Positions 24,733 through 34,084 of a stretch of DNA of 64,000 nt are shown here, piece after piece. Origin of the DNA: Candidatus Portnoybacteria bacterium. Lineage in GTDB: Bacteria; Patescibacteriota; Minisyncoccia; Portnoybacterales; GWB1-42-6. The notes beneath the pieces were generated by a model. That model did not search any database. It saw only the letters and a program-made list of their open reading frames with translations, and was not told the DNA's origin. The position numbers and the translations under genes were made by a program. The stretch is taken from positions 76,379-140,378 of the forward strand of contig JAQTYI010000002.1 in the NCBI GenBank assembly GCA_028688325.1, read 5' to 3'. How positions within the stretch are numbered: the stretch's first letter is position 1; every line of letters starts with the position of its first letter.

Positions 24733-25266
24733 TTACTGTTTTATTTCGTTTCCTAAAAATTTCCGTAGAGATATAACCGCTACGGGCACCAGTAAAATCT
24801 GCAACGCAATCCCCCGCCAGCCATCTTTGACGGCGCTGACGACAAACGGCATAGCCGCCAATTTGGTCGGCAGCAAAATCAGGCCAGCAAACAAAACTGC
24901 CCGTCCCAAAATCAACGCGCCAACAAGCGACAGCCAGATATTTTTCATCTTCTGCTGGAAAAACCCCGCCAAGAAACCATAGGCGGCAATTTCGATGACG
25001 ACAAACGGCAAAACCATAGCCGGCGGCATGCCGGTCAAAGAGTAGCTAATAAGCGGCGTTAAAACGCCGATCGCCAAACCCGCTTGCCAACCAGCAAGCA
25101 AAGCGCCGGCGAGCACGAAAAAATGCATAGGCAGAAACAGCCGGCCGGCTGCCACGCCGCCAAGATAGTGCGCCAGCATCGGCGTCAGCACCGATAAGAC
25201 GGTAAACGCAAAAACAAAAATCGCGGTTTTTACTTTTGTTAAATGCAGAACTTGGAGATTCGTCAT
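24733..25266 (-). CDS. ECF transporter S component (substrate unknown)
   Basis: 177 aa hydrophobic protein; FLPMHFFVL..GLAIGVLTPLISY.LTGMPP. Confidence 0.8.
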   Translation of the reverse strand: MTNLQVLHLTKVKTAIFVFAFTVLSVLTPMLAHYLGGVAAGRLFLPMHFFVLAGALLAGWQAGLAIGVLTPLISYSLTGMPPAMVLPFVVIEIAAYGFLAGFFQQKMKNIWLSLVGALILGRAVLFAGLILLPTKLAAMPFVVSAVKDGWRGIALQILLVPVAVISLRKFLGNEIKQ

Positions 25267-25309
25267 ATTTTTATTATTTAATATGTTAATTATTAATTAA
25301 TTGATTAAT

Positions 25310-26434
25310 TTATCTTTTTTCGTAATCCGGCCACCAATAAAGACCCTTATCTTCCTTTTTTAACTGACCCATAAATTCTTCTCGGCGCAGATACAATTTT
25401 TTCTGCACTCTGGGGTTGGCCTCAGAAAGAGCATAAGAAAAAAGAATGGGTGAAGCAATGGTGACATCAGCATAAACCACCACGGTGTTTTGCAGCTCGT
25501 TAGGATTGACTTTTCCCCAAGAAACAGCTTCCGAAGGGGTGGCGCCGGAAAGCCCGCCCCATTGCGGCGAATCCATGGTTATCTGAATAAAATAATCGTG
25601 TCCGCCCCGCTCAATGCCCAAGCACTCCCAAAGCATGGGCTGGGTTTGCATATAAAAATTTTTGGGGCTGCCGCCGCCCAAAATTATCGCCCCGTTCTGT
25701 TTGGCGCACATTACAATCGCGGCGGTTTCCAAAACATCAAGATTGGGATCGATGGTTAAATTGATGCCATCTGGCACATAAGAAGCCATATTCATGCCCA
25801 AAGTGGAATCGCCCGGCGAAGAGGTGTAAATGGGAATATTCAGTTTGGCCGCTTGCGCCAAAATGGAAATTTCCGGATTTTTAGCTTTGGCCAAAAGCTT
25901 GCGGCCGATATAATGGTGCAGTTCGCAAGAAGAAATGGCTCCTCTGGGCGCGTCTTTTTCAAAAGACGTGATCTGATCAAGAAATTTATCGGTTCTTATC
26001 AAAGTGTCGGCCCCCAGATAAGTATCGTAAATCCTCACAATCCCGTTTTTCCAAAGCGTCGCGTCATCTATATTAAAGACGCCTTTATGCAAATTCAAAC
26101 CCAGAGCAAAATGCATATCATGATAAAGATTGGCGCCGGTGGAGATAATGAAATCTATAAAACCCGCTTTCATCATGGAAACAATCATGCCCGACATGCC
26201 GGCCGGCGTGAGCGCTCCGGCCATGGTCAAACAAATAGTAGCCGAGTTTTGCGACTTTAACATTTTACGCGTCAATAATTGACAGGCCTCGCTCAAGCGG
26301 GCGGAATTATAGGATTGAAAATAACCGTCGACTAATTTTTTAATGCTTAGATTTTTTTTCAGCTCGCGTGCTTCTATTTTGCGTCCGCTCAAAAAATTCT
26401 GTCTTAGCGACTTTCGTTTTTTCTTTTTAGCCAT
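25310..26434 (-). CDS. Deoxyhypusine synthase family protein (homospermidine synthase-like), paralog A
   Basis: AGALTPAG, ISTGANLYHD, RIYD, LGGGSPKNF and GGLSGATPSEAVSWGK with the catalytic Lys. Confidence 0.93.
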   Translation of the reverse strand: MAKKKKRKSLRQNFLSGRKIEARELKKNLSIKKLVDGYFQSYNSARLSEACQLLTRKMLKSQNSATICLTMAGALTPAGMSGMIVSMMKAGFIDFIISTGANLYHDMHFALGLNLHKGVFNIDDATLWKNGIVRIYDTYLGADTLIRTDKFLDQITSFEKDAPRGAISSCELHHYIGRKLLAKAKNPEISILAQAAKLNIPIYTSSPGDSTLGMNMASYVPDGINLTIDPNLDVLETAAIVMCAKQNGAIILGGGSPKNFYMQTQPMLWECLGIERGGHDYFIQITMDSPQWGGLSGATPSEAVSWGKVNPNELQNTVVVYADVTIASPILFSYALSEANPRVQKKLYLRREEFMGQLKKEDKGLYWWPDYEKR

Positions 26435-27269
26435 AAATATAGCATATCAGCTTATAGATTAATTTAGCCACTAAAAAATCCGGCGCGTGAAGGCCTTTTA
26501 TCGGCGCCAATTCCACGAAGTCCGCGCCGATAATGGTTTTTTTGGCGCAAACCGCCCGCAAAATATTTATCGCTTCATACCAGTCCAGCCCGCCGGGCTC
26601 GGGCGTGCCGGTTGACGGCATTATGCCACAGTCAAACACATCAACATCAAACGATATATAAACTTTATTCTTGAGGCCCTCTACTATTTCTTCAATTTGC
26701 CATTTCTTTTTATCTTTGGCCCAAAAAGTTTTTATGCGGCTTTGATTTTTCTCCCAAAAATTAAGCTCGTCGTTTTCGTTGCTGATGTTTCTGATTCCCA
26801 CCTGCACTAAATTTATCCCGAGATAATCGAGGGACCGGCGCATAGCCGCGGCGTGAGAATATTTTTTTCCCAAATATCCGTCGCGTAGATCGGCGTGCGC
26901 GTCAAATTGCAAGATGCTAAAATCATCAAAGCCGGATTTTTTGTATTGGCCAATAATGAATTGTGTTATGCTGTGTTCTCCGCCTAGAATTATCGGTAAT
27001 TTTTTATTTTTAAGCGAATCGCCGACAATCGCTTCCATCTTTTTAATATTCTTCGGTTCCTTAACCGTCTCGATGGCGACTTTTTTATATGTCTCTTGCC
27101 AAAGCTCTTCGTCAAAAAGTTCCACTTGCGAGCTGGCTTTAATTATGGCTCCAGGGCCCTTATCCGCCCCGCCGCCATAAGTCGTCGTCGCTTCAAAACC
27201 AAAAGGCACAATTATAACTTGCGCCTCCCGCCCGAGCCCTTCTTTGATATCTAAGAAATTTTTTGCCAC
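26427..27269 (-). CDS. speB: Agmatinase (ureohydrolase family)
   Basis: LGGEHS, FDAHADLR, YSHA, SFDVDVFD, STGTPEPGG, DFVELAP. Confidence 0.93.
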   Translation of the reverse strand: MAKNFLDIKEGLGREAQVIIVPFGFEATTTYGGGADKGPGAIIKASSQVELFDEELWQETYKKVAIETVKEPKNIKKMEAIVGDSLKNKKLPIILGGEHSITQFIIGQYKKSGFDDFSILQFDAHADLRDGYLGKKYSHAAAMRRSLDYLGINLVQVGIRNISNENDELNFWEKNQSRIKTFWAKDKKKWQIEEIVEGLKNKVYISFDVDVFDCGIMPSTGTPEPGGLDWYEAINILRAVCAKKTIIGADFVELAPIKGLHAPDFLVAKLIYKLICYIYG

Positions 27270-27279
27270 AAAAAATAAA

Positions 27280-28449
27280 TTACAATTTGCTATTTTTCAA
27301 TAAGCCGTTTTTCTTTTTTCCTTTGTCAAAATACGCTTTCAGCGTATGTTTGCGCAACGCTTTGTCCAAAAGCGCCACCGCTTCTTCTCGCTGATCGAAC
27401 AAGCGCCTCGGCTCCTTCTCCAGTCCTTCCTGCATCAATGCGTGAACAATAAAAGGAAAAACAGCTGTGACATCGGATAAAACATATTGCGAATTTTTCA
27501 CGCATTCCTCCGATGTCTTGCCCCAAGTATGGGCTTCTGAGGCAGTACAAGAAGACAGACCGCCGTTTTGCACATGCGCGTCGCAAATCTGCACATCGGT
27601 GTCATAGCCGCCGACATCCAAGTCGCAAATTTGCGCCAGATACGGCTCCGGCTGCAACGAATAATTTTTTGGCACGCCCCCGCCTAAAATTATGATGGAA
27701 AGTTTTTTGCTGAATTTATTCTTGGCCAAATAATGATATGCGCCGAATTCATGAATATCGTCTTCCAGGTTAATTCCGAAATGGTATTTATGCCCCAGCT
27801 TTTTTTTCAAAAACGCTAAATTCAAAAAAATGGAGCCGTCCTGCGGGGCGCCGCAAAATATCGGCACGCTATTGCGATAGGCCTGCACCAGAATGCTGCG
27901 GTTCAAATCGGCGCGCTTGAATCGCCTGTTACCAAACCGCGCCAGATGCCTGCCCAACAGATAATGAAATTCCGTTGTAGTCATTTGTTTGGCAAAATCC
28001 GGCCGCCGCACCAAGTCCACCACCAAATTATCCGTTTCCCAAAGATCGTCTTCCGGAAACCCCGTATCATATATCCTGGTCCAGCCGGCCTTGCGCAGCT
28101 TTATGTCGCATTGATTCGGATTCACCTCATACCAATTATCGCTTTCCTGCCGCTGCAGATCATGATAAAGATTGGCGCCGGTGGTCGTGATGATATCTAC
28201 CAAGCCGGATTTTATCAGCGGGATGATGCAGGAAACGCCAAAATCCGCCGGTGTCATCGCGCCCGACAACGCCAAAACAATAGTATGATCTTTTTCGATC
28301 ATCCGCCTGATTATCTGGTAGGCATTTTTCACTTCGCGCCCCACATAGGCGCCAAACGCCTTCTCAAGGAGTTGCGCGGTGGTTTCATTGCCCGTGATGG
28401 GTTCGGACAACACTCTTTTGCCCACCAGCCGCTTGGTTAAATGTTTCAT
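27280..28449 (-). CDS. Deoxyhypusine synthase family protein, paralog B
   Basis: SGAMTPAD, TTGANLYHD, RIYD, LGGGVPKNY, GGLSSCTASEAHTWGK. Confidence 0.9.
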   Translation of the reverse strand: MKHLTKRLVGKRVLSEPITGNETTAQLLEKAFGAYVGREVKNAYQIIRRMIEKDHTIVLALSGAMTPADFGVSCIIPLIKSGLVDIITTTGANLYHDLQRQESDNWYEVNPNQCDIKLRKAGWTRIYDTGFPEDDLWETDNLVVDLVRRPDFAKQMTTTEFHYLLGRHLARFGNRRFKRADLNRSILVQAYRNSVPIFCGAPQDGSIFLNLAFLKKKLGHKYHFGINLEDDIHEFGAYHYLAKNKFSKKLSIIILGGGVPKNYSLQPEPYLAQICDLDVGGYDTDVQICDAHVQNGGLSSCTASEAHTWGKTSEECVKNSQYVLSDVTAVFPFIVHALMQEGLEKEPRRLFDQREEAVALLDKALRKHTLKAYFDKGKKKNGLLKNSKL

Positions 28450-28484
28450 TCTACAAACAAGCCCCTCCGGCTATATTTAGTTTT

Positions 28485-29075
28485 TTAGCTGTGGCCGTTG
28501 CCATTTGTTTCTTTTTGCTCCAAATAGCTTGGCAAAATGAAAACTGCCGCGGCCAGCACAGTAGTCCATGACCCGTCTTTATTGCCAATGGCCGATTGAG
28601 TAATATTGGTCGTTTTAACGATTTTGCCGCTCATCTTATACAAGTCCTCCCGTTCGTCCCAGGCGGTATTGGGATCAAATTCTATGCCGAGCGTTGAAGC
28701 CAACATGGAAGCGGCCAAATCCTCGGCATATTCGCCCGCTTTTTGGTCGGTCTCGCCGAAAGAATGATGCTCTGAAAGATAACCGTATTGCTGTTCTCCC
28801 TCCGCCGGCACGGCGCAGCCGACCGAAGCAGCAATCAAGCGGTTGGCTTCATTGGTGGCGTTGCGGCTCATAACGCAATAGATTATTTGCCCGGGATGAA
28901 TTAATTTTAAGCCGTCTTCTTTGGAAATGCGCTTGCAGCCCGGCGGAAATATGCTGGAAACCGTCACTAAATTGAAAGGAGCGATGCCGGCGTCGCGCAA
29001 GGCCATTTCAAAAGAAGTCAGATATTCTTTATGAACTCCCACCCCTTTTGTAAAAAATACTCTGCTCGGAACCAT
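28485..29075 (-). CDS. pdaD: Pyruvoyl-dependent arginine decarboxylase
   Basis: [25 protein letters not shown] self-cleavage site, [25 protein letters not shown]. Confidence 0.92.
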   Translation of the reverse strand: MVPSRVFFTKGVGVHKEYLTSFEMALRDAGIAPFNLVTVSSIFPPGCKRISKEDGLKLIHPGQIIYCVMSRNATNEANRLIAASVGCAVPAEGEQQYGYLSEHHSFGETDQKAGEYAEDLAASMLASTLGIEFDPNTAWDEREDLYKMSGKIVKTTNITQSAIGNKDGSWTTVLAAAVFILPSYLEQKETNGNGHS

Positions 29076-29094
29076 ATAAATTAGTGGTTAATGA

Positions 29095-29493
29095 TTAATG
29101 ATTAGGATCTCGTTTTTTAAAGCGCGCCAGCGAAGAAAGCCCGAATTTCTTTTTTATGCTTCGCGCGCCGCGGATGAAAATCGTTTCTTTTTTTGTTTTG
29201 AATTTTTTTATTTCCTGCTCCAATTCGTTCCGCACTTCGTCAATAGCGGTATACAGGTCTTCCCTTTCCGATTCAGCCCGGAACATTCTGCCGCCAGCGC
29301 TCAAATTAATTTCCGCCCGGAAAATATCGCCTCTTTTGTGGCGGCCAGTCGTGCGCCCGACCTCCACTTCGCATTTTATCGTCTCTTCGCTAAAATTGCC
29401 CAAAAACTTCCCCAGGCCATTGATTTTTCTTTGAAGATAATCTTCGATGCTTGGAGTTAAAATAAATTTTTTGCTTTTGAAAATAATTTTCAT
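29095..29493 (-). CDS. hpf: Ribosome hibernation factor HPF/RaiA family
   Basis: LTPSIEDY, FRAEINL, EDLYTAID...LEQEIKKFK. Confidence 0.88.
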   Translation of the reverse strand: MKIIFKSKKFILTPSIEDYLQRKINGLGKFLGNFSEETIKCEVEVGRTTGRHKRGDIFRAEINLSAGGRMFRAESEREDLYTAIDEVRNELEQEIKKFKTKKETIFIRGARSIKKKFGLSSLARFKKRDPNH

Positions 29494-29560
29494 AAAAATA
29501 TTTTCTTACTTCTATGATACTACACTAAAAAATAAATGCAATAGAAAATACTAAAAAATA

Positions 29561-29675
29561 AATTTCTAAATCCTGATGTCTAATTTCCAATGAAAATCTC
29601 AATGTCCAATGTCTAATTTTTGGTCATTAAGAAACCAGCTATTTCATTAGGCATTAGAAATTAGTAATTTGACAT
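29561..29675. repeat. Inverted heptamer (AATGTCY-like) tandem repeats
   Basis: AATTTCT, AATTTCC, AATGTCC, AATGTCT followed by the complementary CATTAGG, CATTAGA, AATTAGT, TTTGACATT. Confidence 0.6.
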
Positions 29676-30611
29676 TTAGAGCCCGAGATATCTGACTTCT
29701 TCCTCCAGTTCTATTCCATATTTTTCTTTCACGGATTTTTTTATTATCACTATCAATTCCAAAACATCTTTGGCTTTGGCGCCGCCGGTGTTGATCATAT
29801 AGTTGGCGTGGCCTTCCCAAATTTTGGCGCCGCCCTTTTGCGTTCCCGCCAAACCGCATTGGTCTATCAGAAATCCAACGCCCAATTTTCCCTCGCGCAC
29901 GCGCGAAGCAAGTTCTGGATGATCTTTCAGCAACTCATCTTGCTCCCCTTTTGTCCGATAATTTTTAAAAATGCAGCCGGCCGAAGGGAACGGCGGAGAA
30001 TGCTTGACGACTTTTTTGGCTTCGTTCAAAATCTCGTCTATTTCAGTTTGCTCTTTTTTTATAAAATTCAGATTAATTTCCAAAATTATTTCGCCTGTTT
30101 TTTTGAAGCGGCTGTGCCGGTAATCAAAACCGCATTCTGCCTTGCTTAATTTTTTAATATTTAAATCCGCGTCTAAAATCGTAACTTCTTCAACTATCCG
30201 CGAGATATCCTGGCCCAAGCGCCCCGCGTTGCCGCATACCGCTCCGCCGACGGTGCCCGGAATGCCAAAGCCCCATTCGGCGCCGCTGAAGCCGTCTTTG
30301 GCGGTTTCCACGATAAGTTTATTAAATAGCGCGCCCGCACCGCAAACCGCGACAAGATTGTCGCCTTCTCTTTGATATTCGATCTCCGACATTTTGCATT
30401 TTATGACAAGCCCCCTAAAACCCTCATCGCTCGCCAGCAAATTGCTGCCTCCGCCCAAAATAAAAAACAGCAAGGAATTCTCTTTGGCCCATTTTATCGC
30501 TTCTATCAACTCTTGGGCGGTTTTTACCGCCGCAAAATATCTGGCCGGCCCGCCGATGCGGAAAGTGGTATGGGAAGCTAAGCTAATGTTTTCTTGCAAA
30601 TTATTAATCAT
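29676..30611 (-). CDS. murB: UDP-N-acetylenolpyruvoylglucosamine reductase
   Basis: HTTFRIGGPA, LGGGSNLL, GIPGTVGGA..GNAG, FDYRHS, PSAGCIFKN, HANY, LEEEV. Confidence 0.96.
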   Translation of the reverse strand: MINNLQENISLASHTTFRIGGPARYFAAVKTAQELIEAIKWAKENSLLFFILGGGSNLLASDEGFRGLVIKCKMSEIEYQREGDNLVAVCGAGALFNKLIVETAKDGFSGAEWGFGIPGTVGGAVCGNAGRLGQDISRIVEEVTILDADLNIKKLSKAECGFDYRHSRFKKTGEIILEINLNFIKKEQTEIDEILNEAKKVVKHSPPFPSAGCIFKNYRTKGEQDELLKDHPELASRVREGKLGVGFLIDQCGLAGTQKGGAKIWEGHANYMINTGGAKAKDVLELIVIIKKSVKEKYGIELEEEVRYLGL

Positions 30612-30632
30612 TTATGTTTATGTGTTTTTTAT

Positions 30633-30747
30633 AATGACAAAATCCTAATGACGAATGGCAAATCAATGACTAATGACTAAATGTCAAACTATAAATTTTT
30701 GACATTTGGGCTTGGGATTTTATTTGTCATTGGAAATTGGTCATTTG
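30633..30747. repeat. Inverted heptamer (AATGACN) tandem repeats
   Basis: AATGACA, AATGACG, AATGACT x2 followed by the complementary GTCATT/GACATT units. Confidence 0.6.
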
Positions 30748-30752
30748 TTATT

Positions 30753-32540
30753 CTATCTTAACACCTCCGCTCCCGTCTTATACAAATCTCTTTCTCTCGC
30801 ATTTACTATATATACCATATTCCAACTCCGGCCGGAATCGGCAAATTGTTGCGCGCTCATATTCAACCAATGCTTGGTGCCGTCGCCGTTGATCTCATAA
30901 ACCCGCGCATCGCCGTCCGCCCGCACCAGCCAGGCATCTTGATAAAAATTAAGCTGCTCCGGCGCCACCTCGATGACATTTTGCCACCCCAAATGCGGAT
31001 AGGCCGACAGAATTTGCGGCGTCTGCAGCCAGCGCCGATAATTTCCTTTTATGATGAACACTTTTTCTTCGCCCTTGGCGCGGATCAAAGAACCGTCGGG
31101 AAAATTCGGGTTCGCAGGCCGCAGTTCAGGCAAAGGCGCAACGCTCGGCTCCGGCGACAAAGGCGAAATTAAGAAAGGCGGCAGCTGGTTGTCCGCTGTT
31201 GTTTTAACGGTATAAGAAAATTGGCGGGCCGGATCGCTGGCCGAAAAATTGGAATTTTTTGTCTGGCTGGACAAAATCAAAATTACGCGCACGACCTGAT
31301 TGCCGAATCTTTCCACTATGGTTGCCGCCAATCGAGCCGAGTCGAAAGACAGCGGGCGGACGCTTTTTGCGCCATTATTTTCAATGATCACCAGCGCCGC
31401 CTGCCAGTTGGCCGCGCCTGCGCCTTGAATTTTAACCATTAAATTCAGGCCGCTTCCTTGCGGCAATATTTCATACCACCGGCCAGCCCAGTCCTTTATC
31501 GCGTCGGAAAAAGTAAATTCCATTCCTTCGCGCACGCTCAAAAGATTACTCATTTGGGGACTGACATGCAACCGCTCATAAGGCAAAAGGGGGCTTAAAT
31601 AACAATATTTCTGGCCCTCGCCTATTTGGCAATCGTCAATATAATCGGCGATTATCCAATTGGCGAAAACATCCCCGAAGCGCTCGGAAAATCCGCCGTC
31701 GGCCAAGGCCTGATCTATGCTGGCGATGCCCACCGCCTCGGTTTTCATCATGCGCGTCAAGATCTGCTCGCCGTAGCGGTTTACCAGATATTGCATGAAA
31801 AGATTGGCTGCGCCGTAATCGGAAAACTCATTTTGCCACTCGGTCAAAGAATCGGTCGGGTAGCGCAAAAAATCTTTCACCCGCCGTTCCAAGTTGCTGC
31901 CCGAATACGGGCTGTCGTAGCCGCAAAGGGATGAAGCGTATTCGGAGCGCGCCTCATTCAGCCAAACATCTTCCACGCTGTTGCGCAATTTTTCTTTTTG
32001 GTAAAAGTTTATCATATGCTGAAATTCGTGCGCCAAAAAATCCTTGGCCGAAGACGAAGCGGCATACGAAGAATTTAAATAGAGAATTTCTCGCTCGTTG
32101 GAATTGGCAATCTGCGCCCGCGGATATTCGTCGAACGAATTGAAATAGCCGCCGGCCCCCTTTCTTATTTTGGTAATCAAAACAACGACGCGCAGATCGT
32201 TATCAATGCCCGGCGACCATTCGGAACCGTAAACCTTGGTCAGCCGGGGATAGATCGTTTTATCAAATTCAACGGCTAAATTTAAAATTGCCGCGCCGGC
32301 ATCCTCTTTTTCCACCGGCCCCGATTCGGACCACCAATCGTTGGCCGCGTAAAACAGAGCGTGGTCGCCAACCTGCAAAAGAGTGGCACTAACTTGCGTG
32401 CGCCCGAGAAGATCATAAGCGGTATCCACGAAAAAGGTTTTGTTCTCGCCCATATCAAAAGCCAGCGCGTTTCCCGCGCATAAAAAACCGCCAAAAACCA
32501 TTCCTGCGACCAACCATGAAAATTTGTTTTTTTTCGCCAT
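30753..32540 (-). CDS. Secreted zinc metallopeptidase (M30-like) with C-terminal repeat domains
   Basis: Signal peptide ending ALA; GYF...SNERE, HEFQH, WLNEARS; Pro-rich linker followed by PDGSLIRAKG..VFII repeats. Confidence 0.8.
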   Translation of the reverse strand: MAKKNKFSWLVAGMVFGGFLCAGNALAFDMGENKTFFVDTAYDLLGRTQVSATLLQVGDHALFYAANDWWSESGPVEKEDAGAAILNLAVEFDKTIYPRLTKVYGSEWSPGIDNDLRVVVLITKIRKGAGGYFNSFDEYPRAQIANSNEREILYLNSSYAASSSAKDFLAHEFQHMINFYQKEKLRNSVEDVWLNEARSEYASSLCGYDSPYSGSNLERRVKDFLRYPTDSLTEWQNEFSDYGAANLFMQYLVNRYGEQILTRMMKTEAVGIASIDQALADGGFSERFGDVFANWIIADYIDDCQIGEGQKYCYLSPLLPYERLHVSPQMSNLLSVREGMEFTFSDAIKDWAGRWYEILPQGSGLNLMVKIQGAGAANWQAALVIIENNGAKSVRPLSFDSARLAATIVERFGNQVVRVILILSSQTKNSNFSASDPARQFSYTVKTTADNQLPPFLISPLSPEPSVAPLPELRPANPNFPDGSLIRAKGEEKVFIIKGNYRRWLQTPQILSAYPHLGWQNVIEVAPEQLNFYQDAWLVRADGDARVYEINGDGTKHWLNMSAQQFADSGRSWNMVYIVNARERDLYKTGAEVLR

Positions 32541-32647
32541 AAACCGCTTTCCGTTTTCCGCTCCATTTTTATAATACCCTCATTTTACTAAAATTTTTCC
32601 CTAAACTCAATGAGTCCCCCATCTTTAATAAAAATAGAAAGAAAAAC

Positions 32648-32676
32648 TTGCCAAAATCAACAAAAAATCATAAAAT
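32648..32676 (+). promoter_or_regulatory. Putative sigma70 promoter of the glycan operon
   Basis: TTGCCA-17 bp-TAAAAT. Confidence 0.55.
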
Positions 32677-32703
32677 CAAAACAGTGGAAATACCTTCTTA
32701 TTT

Positions 32704-34065
32704 ATGAGCGCCTTGACGAGAAAAATCAAAGAATTTTTTTGTTTGGCGGGCGATATCGCCATGCTTTATTTGGCGTTGTTTTTGACCCTGCTCATCCGTT
32801 ACGGCTACGATTGGCGGGAAAATTGGCGCTCCCATTTTTTGCCTTTTACCCTGATCTTTTTCTTTTCTTTAATAATTTTTTATATTCTCGGCCTTTACGA
32901 CCTGTCGCTGGCCCGCAATAATCTTTATTTCTTCACTGTTCTGACCAAGGCGCTTGTCATCAGCACCGTTCTGGCTATTTTATTTTTCTATTTTATTCCT
33001 TATTTCGGCATCGCGCCCAAAACCAATCTCCTCATAAGCTTCGGCATTTTTGCCGTTCTTTTTTTCTTTTGGCGGCAATTCTATAACCGCTTCATCAAAA
33101 GTCCCGGCCTGATGAATAATGTTCTGGTCCTGGGGCAGAACGAAGAAACAAAAGAACTGGTCCAATATATAAAAACCAATCCTCAGCTTGGCTATCGCAT
33201 AAAAAAAATCGTGAGCGCCGATGATGTTAAAATTCTTTACGATCTCATTGAAACCATCATCCAGGAAAAAATCCAGACCGTGGTCATCACCGCCAACCCC
33301 CACGAAGATAAAAACCTATCCAGGAATCTGTATCAATGCATTCCTTTGAAAATTACGGTGGCGGATATGCCGTTGTTCTATGAAAAAATCACCGGTAAAA
33401 TTCCGGTGTCCTCCATCGGCGAAATGTGGTTTTTACAGAATCTGATGAACAGCCATAAAATCTTCTTCGGGGGAGCGAAAAGGTGCGCCGATATTTTTTT
33501 CACGCTCATTATCGGGTTTTTCACTTTCGTGCTCACGCCTTTTATCGCTCTGCTGATAAAAATTGACAGCGTCGGCCCCGTTTTTATATGGCAAAAAAGG
33601 GTCGGGATAGACAACAAAATATTCAAGATAGCCAAATTCCGCTCCATGCTTGCGCTCGCGCCCGACGGCAGTGCCGAAAAAAATGGCGCCCAATGGTCTG
33701 ACGAAAAAGATAAACGGATAACCCGCGTGGGCAAGTGGCTGCGCAAAACGCGGCTGGACGAGCTGCCTCAGATTTGGAATGTTTTAAAAGGCGAGATGAG
33801 TTTTGTGGGGCCGCGGCCGGAACGACCGGAGTTCGCGTTTTCTAACGAATTGCTTTCTCGCGTCCCCTTCTACCAGGTGCGCCATTCCATAAAGCCGGGC
33901 CTCACCGGTTGGGCGCAGATAAAATATCCCTACGGCTCTTCGGTTGAAGACACGCTGCAAAAATTACAATACGACCTTTACTACATTAAAAACCGCTCGG
34001 CCGCGCTGGATCTGGCCATCACCTTGAAAACCATCAAAATAATCCTCTCCGGCGGCGGACGATAA
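32704..34065 (+). CDS. Polyprenyl glycosylphosphotransferase (WbaP/WcaJ-type priming sugar transferase)
   Basis: Four N-terminal TM helices; KFRSM, DKRITRVG.WLRKTRLDELPQ, SFVGPRPE, KPGLTGWAQ, YDLYYIKN. Confidence 0.95.
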   Translation: MSALTRKIKEFFCLAGDIAMLYLALFLTLLIRYGYDWRENWRSHFLPFTLIFFFSLIIFYILGLYDLSLARNNLYFFTVLTKALVISTVLAILFFYFIPYFGIAPKTNLLISFGIFAVLFFFWRQFYNRFIKSPGLMNNVLVLGQNEETKELVQYIKTNPQLGYRIKKIVSADDVKILYDLIETIIQEKIQTVVITANPHEDKNLSRNLYQCIPLKITVADMPLFYEKITGKIPVSSIGEMWFLQNLMNSHKIFFGGAKRCADIFFTLIIGFFTFVLTPFIALLIKIDSVGPVFIWQKRVGIDNKIFKIAKFRSMLALAPDGSAEKNGAQWSDEKDKRITRVGKWLRKTRLDELPQIWNVLKGEMSFVGPRPERPEFAFSNELLSRVPFYQVRHSIKPGLTGWAQIKYPYGSSVEDTLQKLQYDLYYIKNRSAALDLAITLKTIKIILSGGGR

Positions 34066-34084
34066 TAAATGTGATTTATCGAAT

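Noticed and set aside
25310-28449. Hypusination of EF-P by the DHS paralogs
   Set aside because: The EF-P tip residue aligns to Gln, and the operon context (decarboxylase plus agmatinase) points to polyamine synthesis.
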